From the human T2T-CHM13v2.0 reference genome, Homo sapiens: 64,000 nt of DNA. Positions within the stretch are counted from its first letter, which is position 1; each line of letters opens with the position of its first letter. The notes beneath the pieces are model-generated. The model saw only the letters and a program-made list of their open reading frames with translations, had not been told where the DNA came from and ran no database searches. The translations under genes and the position numbers were made by a program. Of this stretch, positions 24,348 through 38,359 are shown in pieces. Location: assembly GCF_009914755.1 (NCBI RefSeq), contig NC_060936.1; one strand, 5' to 3'.

Positions 24348-25720
24348 TTGGCAACCATGGATAGGTACTATTTGGATTTCCCTTCCAGAAATAAACTATT
24401 TGAAGAAATATAGTTCACTGATATCCTGCAGTACCTTTGAGATCCACCACTGTATTCAAGCCAAGGCCACACTCTGTCATGGCAATTCTTAGCCACGAGT
24501 TAGCACAGCAGAGATAATGCCTGGACGTTGCTGCCTAACAAAGGACACTTCCATAGATCATCTGTGAACCATATCTATTTTGGGCTGGCCAAGTTGTTAT
24601 CAGAGATGCACCACAGTCTGCGACTTTTCTTGCCTAATGATATTCTTTTCTACCCACTCTTCTTTCACAGGTGTCAGACTGCCATTATGGCGTGGAAGTT
24701 TCTCAGACTTCCTCTGCTCCCTCTTTCATTTACTTTTCATAGGGACTTCTCCAAATAAATTTCTTGACTTTTATCTCTCTTTTGATCCCTGATTGCCTAA
24801 AGATCCAAAGTCATACAGTTGGTATTAGGAGACATTCCAAGTAGAGGTGCTAAGATGAGATTTGGGGACTGGATCACTCAGCGCCCAGCTGACAAGAAAG
24901 CACATATTCCAAATGACAAGTGAGAAAGTGATAGTACATGGTACAAACTGGAAGATCAATTGCTAAAAATTTCATAAATACAAGTTTGTGAAAACCTCCC
25001 TGTAAAAGGAATGATCTGACAGGTGCAATGACTGAGGCATTTAAAAGATATGAGTAACACAGTACATGTAAGAAAGCCGAAGTGGTCTGGTTATTGCAAA
25101 AGTGCATTAAAGCTAACAGATATATCAAGAAACTCATCATGGTAAATAAACAAAGTCTGAAAGCTTGAGGGTCTCACTGGTAGCTTACAAAGAGGTCCTT
25201 AATTCCTACAGGGAGAGAGCACACCCAGCTGAGGAATAAACTCAAGATTTAATAGTTAAGCTCATGGAAATTCAAACATTATTGAACGTTCAACCAAGCA
25301 AATCTGCTATGCTAAAGTCAGGTCTTTGGTTCATAAAACCTGAGACCTTAGAAATGTGAAATGTGAATATATGTCAAGATGGACCCCAAATATTGTGGCT
25401 CTGCAGACTCCCCTAAAACCTCAGTATCTGGAGACCTAGACTTCCCTTTCCTAGTACAGGAAGATAATACCGAGGCTGTTCCCCTACAAGCCAATAAATG
25501 TCCCCTCAAGATTTCCTCTAACCCCTTTTCCTGAATGTTAGGTTGATAACTAGGATTAAATCCCAGCAAAACATGGCTGGAGGTATTCTTCACCAGAAAA
25601 AAAAAAAAAAAAAAGAAAGACTGCAATTAAGGGAGCTGTAAGAATAGTTAGCATGTACTGACACTGAACCAGAGGATTATCTGTGGGACTTGATTTTGAG
25701 AGTGCTTGATTGTGAACACA
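24348..25720 (+). mobile_element. LTR16-type LTR (24348-24817) plus ERVL-class internal fragment (ERV3-16A3-like)
   Basis: LTR16 motifs (TTTCACAGGTGTCAGAC, CAAATAAATTTCTTG, ends CATACA) followed by GTTGGTATTAGGAG...TTTGGGGACTGGATCACTCA. Confidence 0.7.
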
Positions 25721-26549
25721 CACACTACTTTGCAGTGAAGGAAGACTTGAGCAGTGGAAGCAAAAAGATAAGAAGAGAATAAATTAATTAACTTGTCAAA
25801 CCTTTATGCTAATATAGCATAATAATAATATACACTGTATCATTGAATTTGGAAGGACTGAATTATTTATATCTGCAATGGTAAAAACAGTAATCTTTAG
25901 CAGAAAAGTCATCAATGTCTGGCAAACATAGCCATACCCTAAGAAGACGGTGAATGATCCAATAGTATTGTGAACTAAGTGAGGCAGTAGTAGTGCCCAG
26001 AAAACGTGATGACAGTGAATATAATAATATGCCAAAGAAGCAGAACTAGCTGTGGGAAAGTACTAGTGGAAGCAACACACATTCTCTACATAGGTAGAGA
26101 TGACCAGAAAACCAAACAGAAGAGGAAATGAAATAAAGCGTAAGTGCGAATATCCATCAGGTGCTCCATCCTTCATATTGGGTTTATGCAATCAAGATGA
26201 AACAACTCCTACAATGGTGGTATTGAGTTTCTGCAATGGCAGTATTGTTCCATACTAGAAAAAGAAATAATTATGTGACCCCAGATTCTCTTCTGGCTAA
26301 TAATACAGTTAATTTCTATTTACGGAAAAACAATACTTGCCCAAAGACTTAGCTGAGTGAATTGTATCTAAATACTCTCTATTATTTTTTTAAAGCCTTT
26401 CCAATCATCTTTCCCCAACAACGATGTCTAATATGCTCTTTTCATACTACGTTGCCAGTCTACATACTAGAATATTAGCATGGTTGATTCAGCTTTCTTC
26501 TTCAAACATCTTTCAGTTCAGCTTTGGAATAATACTCCATGGTTCCTCT

Positions 26550-27355
26550 CAAATATCTTAGTATCTTTCTCAATTATTTCTCATTGTTTAGATCTCTAAA
26601 CACTTGAATATTCAAGGACATAGTCCTCAAAATTTTCTTCTTTTCTTTTGTTATCCTTACATATTAGGCAATTTAATTTAGTCTCATGGCTTTAGATGTC
26701 ATTTATATTTTCACAACTTACACATTTTACCACTGTTCCTTACTTTTCCCACAAACATCAGGCCTATGACCATTGCCTACTCTTCATCTTTACTTGCATA
26801 TCTAATTAATATCTCAAACTTAACAGATCCAAAATTAACAGCATGGTTTTTTTCTCTCCCTGCTCTATTTGCAGATTTGCCTGCCTGAGTAAATGCTCAT
26901 TTCATTTTACCAATTTTTCAGATCAAAACACTGAGTGTAATCCTTAATACCCCTTTTTTCTTATAAACCTTATCTTATCCATTAGAAAACCTAGTCACAA
27001 TCTGCCAGAATGTGTACATAGAATTGTAACTTTACAAATATCACGCATGTCCAAGGCATCATAATCATTAATCTATATCCATTTTCCTGAATTACTTTTT
27101 GTTTTATTATCAATTGGCATATTTGTTGTGCAGACATGTTTGATATGTACATATGCTTGTGTTTATGCACACATATAATTATTAATATATTCTAGATGTG
27201 TTTTTAAAACTTATGGTTTATTGTCAATATTCCTCTAATAAAATTTAAGTTTCATGAGATCACAGTGTTTTCCTTTTCAGTTTACAGCTTTATCATCAAA
27301 ATCCAGACTAGTGTCTAGTATAAGTGCTCAATAAATGTTATTGATTATAAATGTT
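26550..27355 (+). mobile_element. L2 LINE 3' fragment
   Basis: ATCTCAAACTTAACAGATCCAAAATT motif and AGTGCTCAATAAATG 3' end. Confidence 0.65.
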
Positions 27356-27701
27356 AGAGAATTTTAAAAGATCATTTTTTGATTAATGTATTATTGACCC
27401 AGAATTTTTAGTGTATTGCTAACCTAAAATTTAGTTTATATAAAGAAAGACAAGTGGGAAAATTACATTAATTATTATAAGCATTACACTACAAATTTGA
27501 AAAAAATGCACAAGAAAAATTGCCTACTATTTTATTTTAATAAAAGATAAGTGTTTTCAATGACGGCAGCAAACTCTATGTTTATTAATAGGACTTCACT
27601 ATTGTTACATTTCAATGGAAGTCAGACGGTTATATAAAAGTGTGTCGAGTTGTTGATTTTCGCCAAGAAATTTTAGGTGAACTGAATATCATATCACTTA
27701 C

Positions 27702-27734
27702 TGAATTGACAATCTCCGTTTCATAAGAAAGTAA
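27702..27734 (-). other. Candidate 33-nt spliced exon
   Basis: TTTTCTTCCCTTGTAG|TTACTT...AATTCA|GTAAGTG; length is a multiple of 3; non-repeat context. Confidence 0.4.
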
Positions 27735-28139
27735 CTACAAGGGAAGAAAACTTACATTCAGATGTAGATTTTAATCAACATGAAATTGGGATGTAGGGAT
27801 TATTTTCGATGATTTAATGGTCAGAGTTATCAAACTATGATCTCCAGAATCACCTACTTCCATAATGGAAATATGTATACAATATTAAAACACATTGAAA
27901 AAATTAATGTAGGCTACTGTCTTTTAGTTAATGTATTTTTACAAAAAGTTATAATTTATTTAATTATATTTAAAGTTTTAGAATAGTAGTCTTAAAGATA
28001 AAACAGCCATTTTGTATGAATTTCATTACTTTTTTACTTGCACTATCAAAAGGAGCATAATAAATCACATTTTTAAATGGAAATACTAATACAAATGTCC
28101 AAACTCAGTATCTGTGCACTTTTGCTGTCATAAAGTTTT

Positions 28140-28747
28140 AAACTAGTCCAACCACTGTGGAAGACGGTGTGGCGATTCCTCAAGGATCTAGAACTAGAAA
28201 TACCATTTGACCCAGCCATCCTATTACTGGGTATATACCCAAACAATTATAAATCATGCTGCTATAAAGGCACGTGCACACATATGTTTATTGCGGCACT
28301 ATTCACAATAGCAAAGACTTGGAACCAACCCAAATGTCTATCAATGATAGACTGGATTAAGAAAATGTGGCACATACACACCATGGAATACGATGCAGCC
28401 ATAAAAAAGGATGAGTTCATGTCCTTTGTAGGGACATGGATGAAGCTGGAAACCATCACTCTCAGCAAACTATCGCAAGAACAAAAAACCAGACACTGCA
28501 TGCTCTCACTTATAGGTGGGAATTGAACAATGAGAGCACTTGGACACAGGAAGGGGAACATCACACACTGGGGCCTGTTGTGGGGTGGGGGGAGTGGGGA
28601 GGGAAAGCATTAGGAGATATACCCAATGTAAATGACGAGTTAATGGGTGCAGCACACCAACATGGCACATGTATACATATATACCAAACCTGCACGATGT
28701 GTACATGTACCCTAGAACTTAAAGTATAATAATAAAAAAAAAGAAAA
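28140..28747 (+). mobile_element. 5'-truncated L1PA (L1PA4/5-like) 3' end
   Basis: ORF2 C-terminus (LELEIPFDPAI...SLIGGN), G-rich 3'UTR, poly-A. Confidence 0.92.
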
Positions 28748-31002
28748 TTCCAAAGCTATCTAAATTCAGCCTCCCTTTTTGTTAACTACAGTGGTCCACC
28801 AAAAAATACCAAAATACATTATAAATATTATTTTGGGCCTTTTTTCCATTCGTTATTGATTTATTTTGACCTTATTATTTAAGATTAGTTTATCTTTTTC
28901 AACTACTCATCAATTTATCCAATGTTTTCTTTATAAACCATTTCAGTTTTAGGCTTGGGAGAAAGTCAATCTTGAATTAATGTTTTTCTAGAATTGATTT
29001 AAGTGTGGGATGCTATTAGAACTGAAAGAGGCAAATCATTTGATATAACTGGTATATGTCAACCATCCATGTTCTTTCACTCATGCTAGCCTCCCTCTAC
29101 ATATGTTCTTTTACACTTGAGAAAGCATCCACGTTGCTTATTTTAAAGATGATTTTTAAACTATAAGCAGGGCCTATATCATAGAATTAATTCATTTTTA
29201 AGCCATTGTAAAAATTAGAGAGCTAGATTAAATTCATTTTAATCATTTGTAAAAGAAATAGCTTATTGGTTTGATTTGGAAACAAAGGAAATTAGCCAAA
29301 CTCATTTATGTAAACAATTTTCCTTTTCTGCTTAAAATATTTATTTTTCTTTTGAAATGTTATGAAACCATGGAGAAAATACACAAAATAAAACTTAAAT
29401 TAGGTGTCATCAATTTCTTAGCCTAGAAAATACCAGGAATTATTTATAAAGGGGGGTAAATCAATTTTTCTCCACAGGAAATGCCTAAAGGGCATTGGTT
29501 CAACCCAGTAGGTAAGCTGCCATATACATGCCAGCATCCTATCACCCAGCCAGAAGTGAAGGCTGCTTTTTACCTTCAGGATTTAACATTAGCCCACCAG
29601 TTTTCATATGCTTTTGTTCTTAAATATAGTTATAAGTAAGGTCAAATACTATAAAATACATAACTGTAAATACCACTATTTGGCAAGAAATAAATTTGAA
29701 GCATAATATTAAGATCAGTAACATATTGAATTTTTGTTTAATTAAAATGCCCACAATAAAAAGATAATGTTTTAATTATATGAATTATGTATTCCCCACC
29801 ACGGTGTATTTCTCATGGTAAGATATATTTTTCACCATGTCATTATAATTTTCTGTATGGTCTCTCATGGAACATATAAAATATGCAATGTGATTTAACT
29901 GTGTATATAATTAATATCTTAAAAATAATTTGGACTAACTCAATATTTAGAAAATTAACAGGTAGGTCATTGACAGTTCTAGGTCTATAACTTGGAAAAT
30001 GAGGAAAATCTTCCTGAGTTGACCTGAGGGATCAAAAACAGTGAAATAAAGGAGGTAAGCACTTCTTGTCTTATGTTACTTTCTACCCAAGATTCGGAAA
30101 GCTTGTCCTTTGCCAACTGCATAAAATCTCCCGATGGCTTTTAATGACCTTTACAATACTGTTCTGTATTATTGAGTGAAATAATTTCCTACTTAAATTA
30201 TCCATCAAAACAGACTCTATTCTTCTTTATCATGTTTTGTATTTTCTCTACAGTAGGGACCCTTAATTATTTAGTTTCTCATTTCTAGAATAGATTTCTT
30301 CTCCAGTGGAATTCAAATGGTATTCTGCTTCCCCTTACGTTTTTGGTGTGTCTACCACAGGGCATGTATAGAAGAAATTTGGGGTAATGTTCCCAAAAGT
30401 TAAATGATGTTTTTGAGTTAGCTCCAAATTCCTCACTGTCACTTCAGCCCAAGCATTTATCCATTTGTCTGTCTGTCTGTCTCTCTCTGTCTCTCTCTTT
30501 TCTCCTTTCTATTTTTAAACTCAGTTTTGGTAATTGAGTTTCCGCATAATATTTTGGATGATCAAGTTTGCCATTATACTTTTTACAAAACAATGTGTTA
30601 TATTATTTGTTTCTAAATGTTCCCTAAATTTATGCTTGCTTTTAATATTCATGTTGTATAATTTTCAGGCAAGAATTAGTTTATAATGTTTAGCACAGTG
30701 TTGGAGATGTAATAGACTGACTGGAATTTGGTTTATCTGAGGGTTGCTTAAATGCCTTTCAATTGACAATGACTCATATTGTCCATTTGTAATTTAAATG
30801 TGTTTTTATTTCTCTAAAACTGTGCTGATATTCATTACTAGAATGGTATTTAATAGGGATTTTGGTTGTAAAAAATTAAGGGTGATTTTTCCAGATCTTT
30901 TTGCTGGAACCATAGAAACACTAAACACTTTCAAATTCCCCCTTCATCCACATTCAGTCATCAAAAATGGATGGTTTCATATACTTAAAAATAAGCCCTG
31001 TT

Positions 31003-31393
<391 letters not shown>

Positions 31394-32760
31394 TTAAATT
31401 AACTCACTTTTAAATTTTAAATATTTACTTAAATTTTGAGCTACACAAATGAATTTTGGTATTATTCAGTCAGCAAAGGCAATAAAAACCCATTAAGTTT
31501 CCATTCAGTGATTTAAAATGACAGGGAAAAAAAGAGCTACCTCGGTATTAATATGAAAGAGAGAGTAGCATTCTCTCAGGGAGCTATTGTTATCTGTGAT
31601 GGATCTGGATGTGAATATATTGCATTTTGTCATATAAATATTTTCCACAGGGCTGCTGAATTACAATACTCTAAAGCTTTCCTTTTTCTCCATTCTCTTG
31701 CCATTACACACAAAACCAAAATCACTTAGAAACTCACATTAACTTAATATGTTATTTCATTCTGTTGATTGTATTTTTGGATTTTCCATTTCATGGAAGA
31801 ATTGAATGCTTATGATAAAAGACATTACAAGTATCTTAGAATTGTGTGTATTAATATTTCTTAACATTTAATATTATTTTTGAAAATAAATCTTAAAAAG
31901 CTTCTACTTTGTTCATATTAGATTCAAGCAATAATCAGTGATATTATATGTACTCTTATTTATAAGTTATAATTGTTCTTTGACTAAAACATCACATGTA
32001 TATATGAAAAAGGTGACTAAAAGATAAAAATTATAATAGTATAAATATTAAGGAATAAATTTAAATGTAATATGATTTATTTTATTTTTAAACACTAACT
32101 TTATTGTGTATCTTGAAATATTACAATTTTCTTTTAGGAGAGGAGAAAGAAATCAAATTTAGAATATCTACTATGTAACAGGGAGGGATGTTGTACATTT
32201 ACTATTTAATGAGATTGGTATAGTACATACACAGTGAGATTGGTGCAGTGGTAATAATAATTGAAATAGCAAGAATTATGACAATGTATTTAAGGCTTAC
32301 ATTTTTTTCAGATGCTTTTCTAAATATTTTACATGCATTAAATTATTTTTCTTCATAATCAACCTCTGAGGTGAGGTTTATTAATATCTCCTTTTATTTT
32401 AATTTATTCCTTCCATTTATTTTGTTTATCTTTTAAAGTATTTTACCCTAATCTGATAAAATAATTAGTACTTCCTCAAGTTCCATAAGAATTTCTTTAA
32501 TGTTTGTTTTTTAACTGAGGTTTTAAGAGTTGGAGCCTCTATTTGATTAAAAGCATTTTGTTATCAAATATTGAATATGTGCTGTTACATAAATGGTCTG
32601 ACTTCCATTTCTAGCTGAACTATTATCTTTAAAATATAATTTCAATTTTCTAAGCCTCAGTTTACCTAACAGTAAAACAAGGTCAATAATAGTTTATAAC
32701 TCATCAGTGTCAGAAATAACTCAGATTTCATGCATATGCAGTTCTTAGAAAAATATCTGG

Positions 32761-33038
32761 ATCCTAGCACTTTGGGAGGCTGAGGCAGGCAGATCACCTG
32801 AGGTCAGGAGTTCAAGACCAGCCTGGCCAACATAGCAAAACCCTTTCTCTACTAAAAATACAAAAATTAGGCGAGCATGGTGGTGCGTGCCTGTAGTCTC
32901 AGCTACTCAGGAGGCTGAGGCAGAAGCAGCAGAAGCGTCACTTCAATCTGGGAGGTGGAGGTTGCAGTCAGCTGAGATCATGCCATTGCACTCCAGCTTG
33001 GGTGACAAAGCAAGACTCTGTCTCAAAAAAAAAAAAAA
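32761..33038 (+). mobile_element. 5'-truncated AluS inserted in a MIR
   Basis: TSD-like AAAAATATCTGGA / AAAAAAATCTGGA; MIR core upstream at about 32580-32760. Confidence 0.9.
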
Positions 33039-33621
33039 TCTGGAACATGAAATTGATTAATACAGATGATCAATCATCTTAAATATAACAAAATTTTCTT
33101 ACTGTAATGAGTGGTTCAATGGTTCAATTAAAATTTTAGATTGTTTCATGGAATATGTGTGACTTCTCAATCAGATGAAATGTGAAAACATCAAAAAGTT
33201 CATTCAAGCAGGATAACAGGGCTGTTTATATGAAACAATAAAATCTTAAAAAAATACTTCATATATAAGTAATATATGGAAAAGGTCTGGAACTATTTGA
33301 AAAAAAAATGTTTTTGTTTGGTTCTTCAGATGATACAGAATAGTAATTGGGAGATAGAATTCTAGGTTTTGATACATGTGATAGTTTGACAATTTAGAAA
33401 CTAAAGCTTTATAAAAGCAATCATGGTATAGTGGCTGACTGGTTATTCAAATAGTTAGATCTCAGCCTGCCTGGATTCCAATCCTTAGTATAAATAATGA
33501 TTCTGAAATTGCACCTTAGGAGACATCATAATTCTATGCATGCCCTTGCTTAAGTGAGAGGGCATTTTTAGCACGATTATTCTAAACTGTAAAGAAATAG
33601 TTCACCCATATAATGGAATTT

Positions 33622-33790
33622 AAGCAGCACTTTTTAAACTTTATTGTGTATGCAGCACCTGAAAATTTTATTAAAATACAAGATTCTGACTCAGTTGTTC
33701 TGAGCTAGAGACTGGGATTTGGCATTTCTAACATGTTTCCAGATGCTGCTGATGTTGCTGGTCCATAAACCACACTTTGAGTAATTAAGG
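33622..33790. mobile_element. MER5A (hAT-Charlie) DNA transposon
   Basis: GCATTTCTAACATGTTTCCAGATGCTGCTGATGTTGCTGGTCCATAAACCACACTTTGAG. Confidence 0.8.
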
Positions 33791-34202
33791 ACATATTGGA
33801 AATTATCCACCCATCGTATAGTATCTTTTCCATCTGTTTATCAGAATGATGGAATTTTCACCACTTCAGATTTATTACTTTTCATCTGTCTATTCTTGTA
33901 TACAAATTTGAAATGGAAATGCCAGTGGGGACGTTTAGGAAGCAATTCCAACCTAGAGAATCTTTAGTATCAGCCAGACTTAAAGAAAAAGGAAATTTTG
34001 CTTGACGTGATTTGGAACAGGTGCACTCATCTTGAAAAAGCTATCTTTGGTAGAGGTCTATCATAGATAGTTGTCCTGGGATGGCTTTAGAAAGAAAGGA
34101 AACAAGAAGAGGCAGAAACATAGAGAAAAGAAATGTAGAAATCAGTTAAGTCAAACTTTACCCACCTTTCCATTTACCTTATGCAAGGTCAAGAGGACAA
34201 GT

Positions 34203-36260
34203 ATTATATTAGTTTGTATTGCTGCCATTACCACAATTTACAAAACATAAGTATCTTAAAACAATACCTGTTTATAATCTCACAGTTCTGAAGGTCTGAA
34301 CTTCTGAAAGTCTGAAGTCTAAAGCACCTTGACTGGATTCTCTTCTCAGGGTCTCATTAAACTTGAATCAGCGTATTATATCTGCTGGGGCTGTCAGCTA
34401 AGTCTCGGGGTCCACCTCCAAACTCACTGATTGTTGGCAGAAGTGATTTTCTTCGAATGCTTTCCCCACATTGTCCTCTTTACCATCAAGCCAGCAACGG
34501 TGGGTCAGTGGGTTGAGTCTTTCTCGTGCTTTTAATCTCTTTTTCCTTCGCTACCAGCCAGAGAAAGCGCTATGCTTTTGATGGCAGCTGTGGCCTATCT
34601 AGAGCAGCTGCTGCCATGACGCAGGTTGCAGTGGGGGAGGCGCGCAGGGGCTCCACAGAGCCACCTGGAGCCAGGAACAGGAGGGATCCCCGCCCTTTTC
34701 TGAATTGGAGGGTCGGGAGGCCAGCCCTCCCAGCTGCAGCCAACTAGTCTCAGCTACAGACCTGGACATCCCTGCGCTAGGGGGCCCGGGAAGCCCCCTT
34801 CCCCTGCAGGCTCTGAAGTGCCTGCTCCTACTGCCTGGCCTCTCCCGGCTCCCGGTGCCCACTCCGATTTTGGAGCAAAGTTGAGGCTGAGCCCGAGTGC
34901 TGTCACGATCCTACTGGGTGTGCACGCACTCGAGCCAGCGCTGACACACCAGTCCCCCTGCCGCCTTGGCCCGTTCTAGGATTTGGGACACCAATGAGCA
35001 TGAGAGGGAGCTGAGGTGGGGGCTGAGGGCAGCTCAGCATGGGCCTGCAGGCACCCCTCAGCGGGAACAGCCTGGGAAATATGGGCACCATGGAGGGTAG
35101 GTTGATGGCAGCAGGAGGCAGACAGGCTCCTGGGTGGAAAGGGGTGTGTCCCCAGTTAAGCCCCACCTTCAAGCTAGTGAGTGTCAGAAGCTTGGAGACT
35201 GAGCTGCCAGTTCCACTGCCCCGAGTAAGAACTTGTGGCTTTTTCCGGGACAGCCCATGGCCACCCATGGACCAATCAGCAGGCACTTCTTCCCCTCTGA
35301 AGCCCATAAAAACCCCAGACTTAGACAGACTGGCAGACGATGGGACCACCTGCCTGCTGATAGAATCTACCCACTCCGGGTCTCCTGAGAACTCTTCTGG
35401 CTCTCAGTGAAGCTCCTCTCCACCTTGCTCACCCTCCAGTTTTCTGTGTACCTCATTCTTCCTGGACACGGAACAAGAACTCGGATTTGATGAAAGGCAA
35501 AACTAAAAGAGCTGTAACACAAACAGGTCTGAACCCACCCCCCTCACTGACCCCCTCCACTCGACCAAGCTGCAGTGACGAGAAGAAGAGAAGAGCTATG
35601 GCCCTTTGGGGAACCCAGACCTAGGGACATCCTGAACCAGGGCTGTGACACCCTTTTTGAGGCTCTGTGGTTCCTGGTGTCTCCAAGCTTCCAGGCGCCA
35701 CTGCATTCTCCTTGTCCAGACGTGGGTGCATGCAGCTTCTGTTCCCTTATGCGTTCCCCACGTGGTCCTCTTTACCATCAAGTCAGCAATGGTGGGTCTG
35801 TGGGTTGAGTCTTTCTCATGCTTTTAATCTCTCATTTCAGTTTTGCTACTAGTCAGAGAAAGAGCTATACTTTTGATGGCAGCAGTGACCTGTTTGGAGC
35901 GGCTTGCCACTCTGCACTTGGCTCACACTTGGCAGGTGTAGGATCCAGGCCGTAGCACGACCCTGGTGTAGCCTGCAGGGCTGACTGGGCATAATGAGCC
36001 CAGGGGCATGAGCAATACGCAGGCCGACCAATACTCAGACAGAAGGTGCACTGGCCACAGAGGTTTCTGGCTGGCGAAGCAACACCTGAAGGATCTTGTG
36101 ACACTTTTAAGGGCTTATGTGATTACATTACAGACATTGAATAATCCATAATAATCTCCCTAATTTATGTAATCTTAATTAGATTGTAATCTTAATTACA
36201 TTTTCAAAGTCTCTTTGAGATGTAACATAACATATCTATGGGAGTAACACCACGTGCCAA
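34203..36260 (-). mobile_element. MLT1 (MaLR) LTR interrupted by MER52A
   Basis: TATTAGTTTGTATTGCTGCC...TCTCACAGTTCTG start; resumes after 36107. Confidence 0.65.
34579..36103 (+). mobile_element. MER52A-like ERV1 solo LTR
   Basis: TGATGGCAGC...TGTGACA termini, GC-rich, 4-bp TSD CTTT (34575-34578 / 36104-36107). Confidence 0.85.
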
Positions 36261-36614
36261 AGGTCATAGGGACAACCACAGTAACTTAATATTTTTTAAG
36301 AGGAAGCATGAACATGCTAGAATGAAAAGTTCACTAATTTGGATTCTCGACTGGGCTTAATTACATACTACTCCTTTTATATGAGAAAAATAAACACTCC
36401 AAGTATTATTTCTTTCACACTTTTTGAAAAACAAAAAAAGTGTGGCCTGATTTATTAATGCTGTACAATACCAAATTTATAAAAAAGCTTAAGATGTTAT
36501 TATTGCACATTCTAACTAATGCCAATCACAGGATTTTGCAAACATTAACTAAATAAATTAATAAATTGCCACATTTGAAGGCCATCAAATAAGTAATGCA
36601 TTTCAAAGCCAACA

Positions 36615-36886
36615 ATATAGTGCATGACATCTGCTTGGAACTTTACATCAGCCTTATAATTAAAAATTTATGAGATCTGCTATTTCTAATAAATGCCTTT
36701 TGCAAATTGCAATAGCATTCATCAGAGTGGTTTACAAAGACTGATTGTTACAAACAATGAAAAATATTTAATGCCTCAAGAAATCCCATTGTAACAGGCA
36801 AAAAAGCAGTTATTGGAAATAGAGATCTCATAATTTTTTATTTATAAGGCTGATGTAAAGTTCCAAGCAGATGTCATCTACTAAAT
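36615..36886. repeat. Long inverted repeat (arms ~95 bp, loop ~75 bp)
   Basis: 36624-36659 is the exact reverse complement of 36842-36877; pairing extends imperfectly both ways. Confidence 0.92.
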
Positions 36887-38359
36887 AAAATTTCACTACA
36901 CTTTTGATTACAATACAGAGAAGACTATAGCAACGTAAACTGTTTTTGAAGAAAAAAGATTATATTGCTCCAAACAACAAAGCATACTTTCTTTCATTTT
37001 TTTATAATGCATTCTAGTCTTTATACAATTCCATGCACATTTTTCAGTTATAATCAAAGTATTCATAGAACTGTGTATTTGTTTATTTCCACCAAATGTT
37101 ACATGATAAACACTTTTGCATTTTTCTACATGGTTTTAATAGAATAATTATGATAGATGGCTGAACAAGAATCTATCAGTTTGATGAAATGTAAATTTCT
37201 TAACTATTCCCCTATTCTAGGATACTCAGATGACAGTGTGTTTCTAATAATATGACTAATGCTGGATTTTTTAGTAAGTCATTTGTTTTCAAAAAATAAT
37301 AATAGTACATAAATCAAATTATTTTGAAAATGAATGAGACATCGTAAAGAAACTGGACAATTATTTTGGGAAATATCCTTGGAATATCATTTTTGTTGTT
37401 ACAGAAGAGTTATTGGATACATATCTCTCATCCATATATGTGGATTGTTTTGACTGTAATGATAAGGCCACCCATGGCAAAGATTTGTTTTTACACTCCA
37501 TCTGTTTGATATGTACTGTTTAGATTCGAAAAAAAATTTGGACCCCAGTGAGACACAGTGTTTGGTAATACTTTTTCATATACTTCAGTTACTCTGTGAG
37601 TCACTCTCTCCATATGCCTAACAGGATGTGAGCTTTGCAAAAACCTTTGAGAAATGGAATCTATTTCTCAGAAATGAATGAAGACTAATGCACACATCGC
37701 ATTCATCATAAAAAGTGCTTCTTAAATATCAAATAGTGGTTGGTGTGCAACAAGTGTGGAGAAGCAGAAGACATATGGACTATGTTTACTGTCTGGGCCT
37801 ATGATAAAAGTAAAAATCCCTGAATGGGGGTGTTTGTTTTTGTGAAAGCCTGTTTTAAATATTGTTGTACAAATTTTTTATCTGTACTAAATCTTTGTAT
37901 TTGTGGTATAAGTTTTAACTAAGTCTGATTTAATGATATACCCATTCCATTCTATTACAATTAAAGAATTAAATTAACTTTCCATTTAAGTTTCATACAT
38001 AAATAAATAACAAACATTAACTAATTTGAAAGGTATGATGGGATATTTCATCCAATTCAAAAATCACAGAAACCTATACCTTTATCAGTGCACTGATGTT
38101 TTTGTATTTTGTGTTTTTTTAATGTTTTCCTTTCCTGAACTGATAGCACTGATTCTCTATATTATTACTTTAGAAGTTAATTATGTGTCACCTCAGAATA
38201 GATCTATTGTTATTTTTAGCAGTATTAGTATTATTAACTTCTACAGTTTTGGTTTTGAAGACCTACTGAAAAGGTAGTGCAACTAAAAAATAAGCACAAT
38301 TCTACCAATAATTAAGGAACTACTTAAAATTCCTGAGACTCTAGATAAGAATGTCAGTA

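Noticed and set aside
34526-36104. GC-rich ORF cluster or CpG-island promoter
   Set aside because: Lies within MER52A; the same applies to the 61342-62074 ORFs within LTR12
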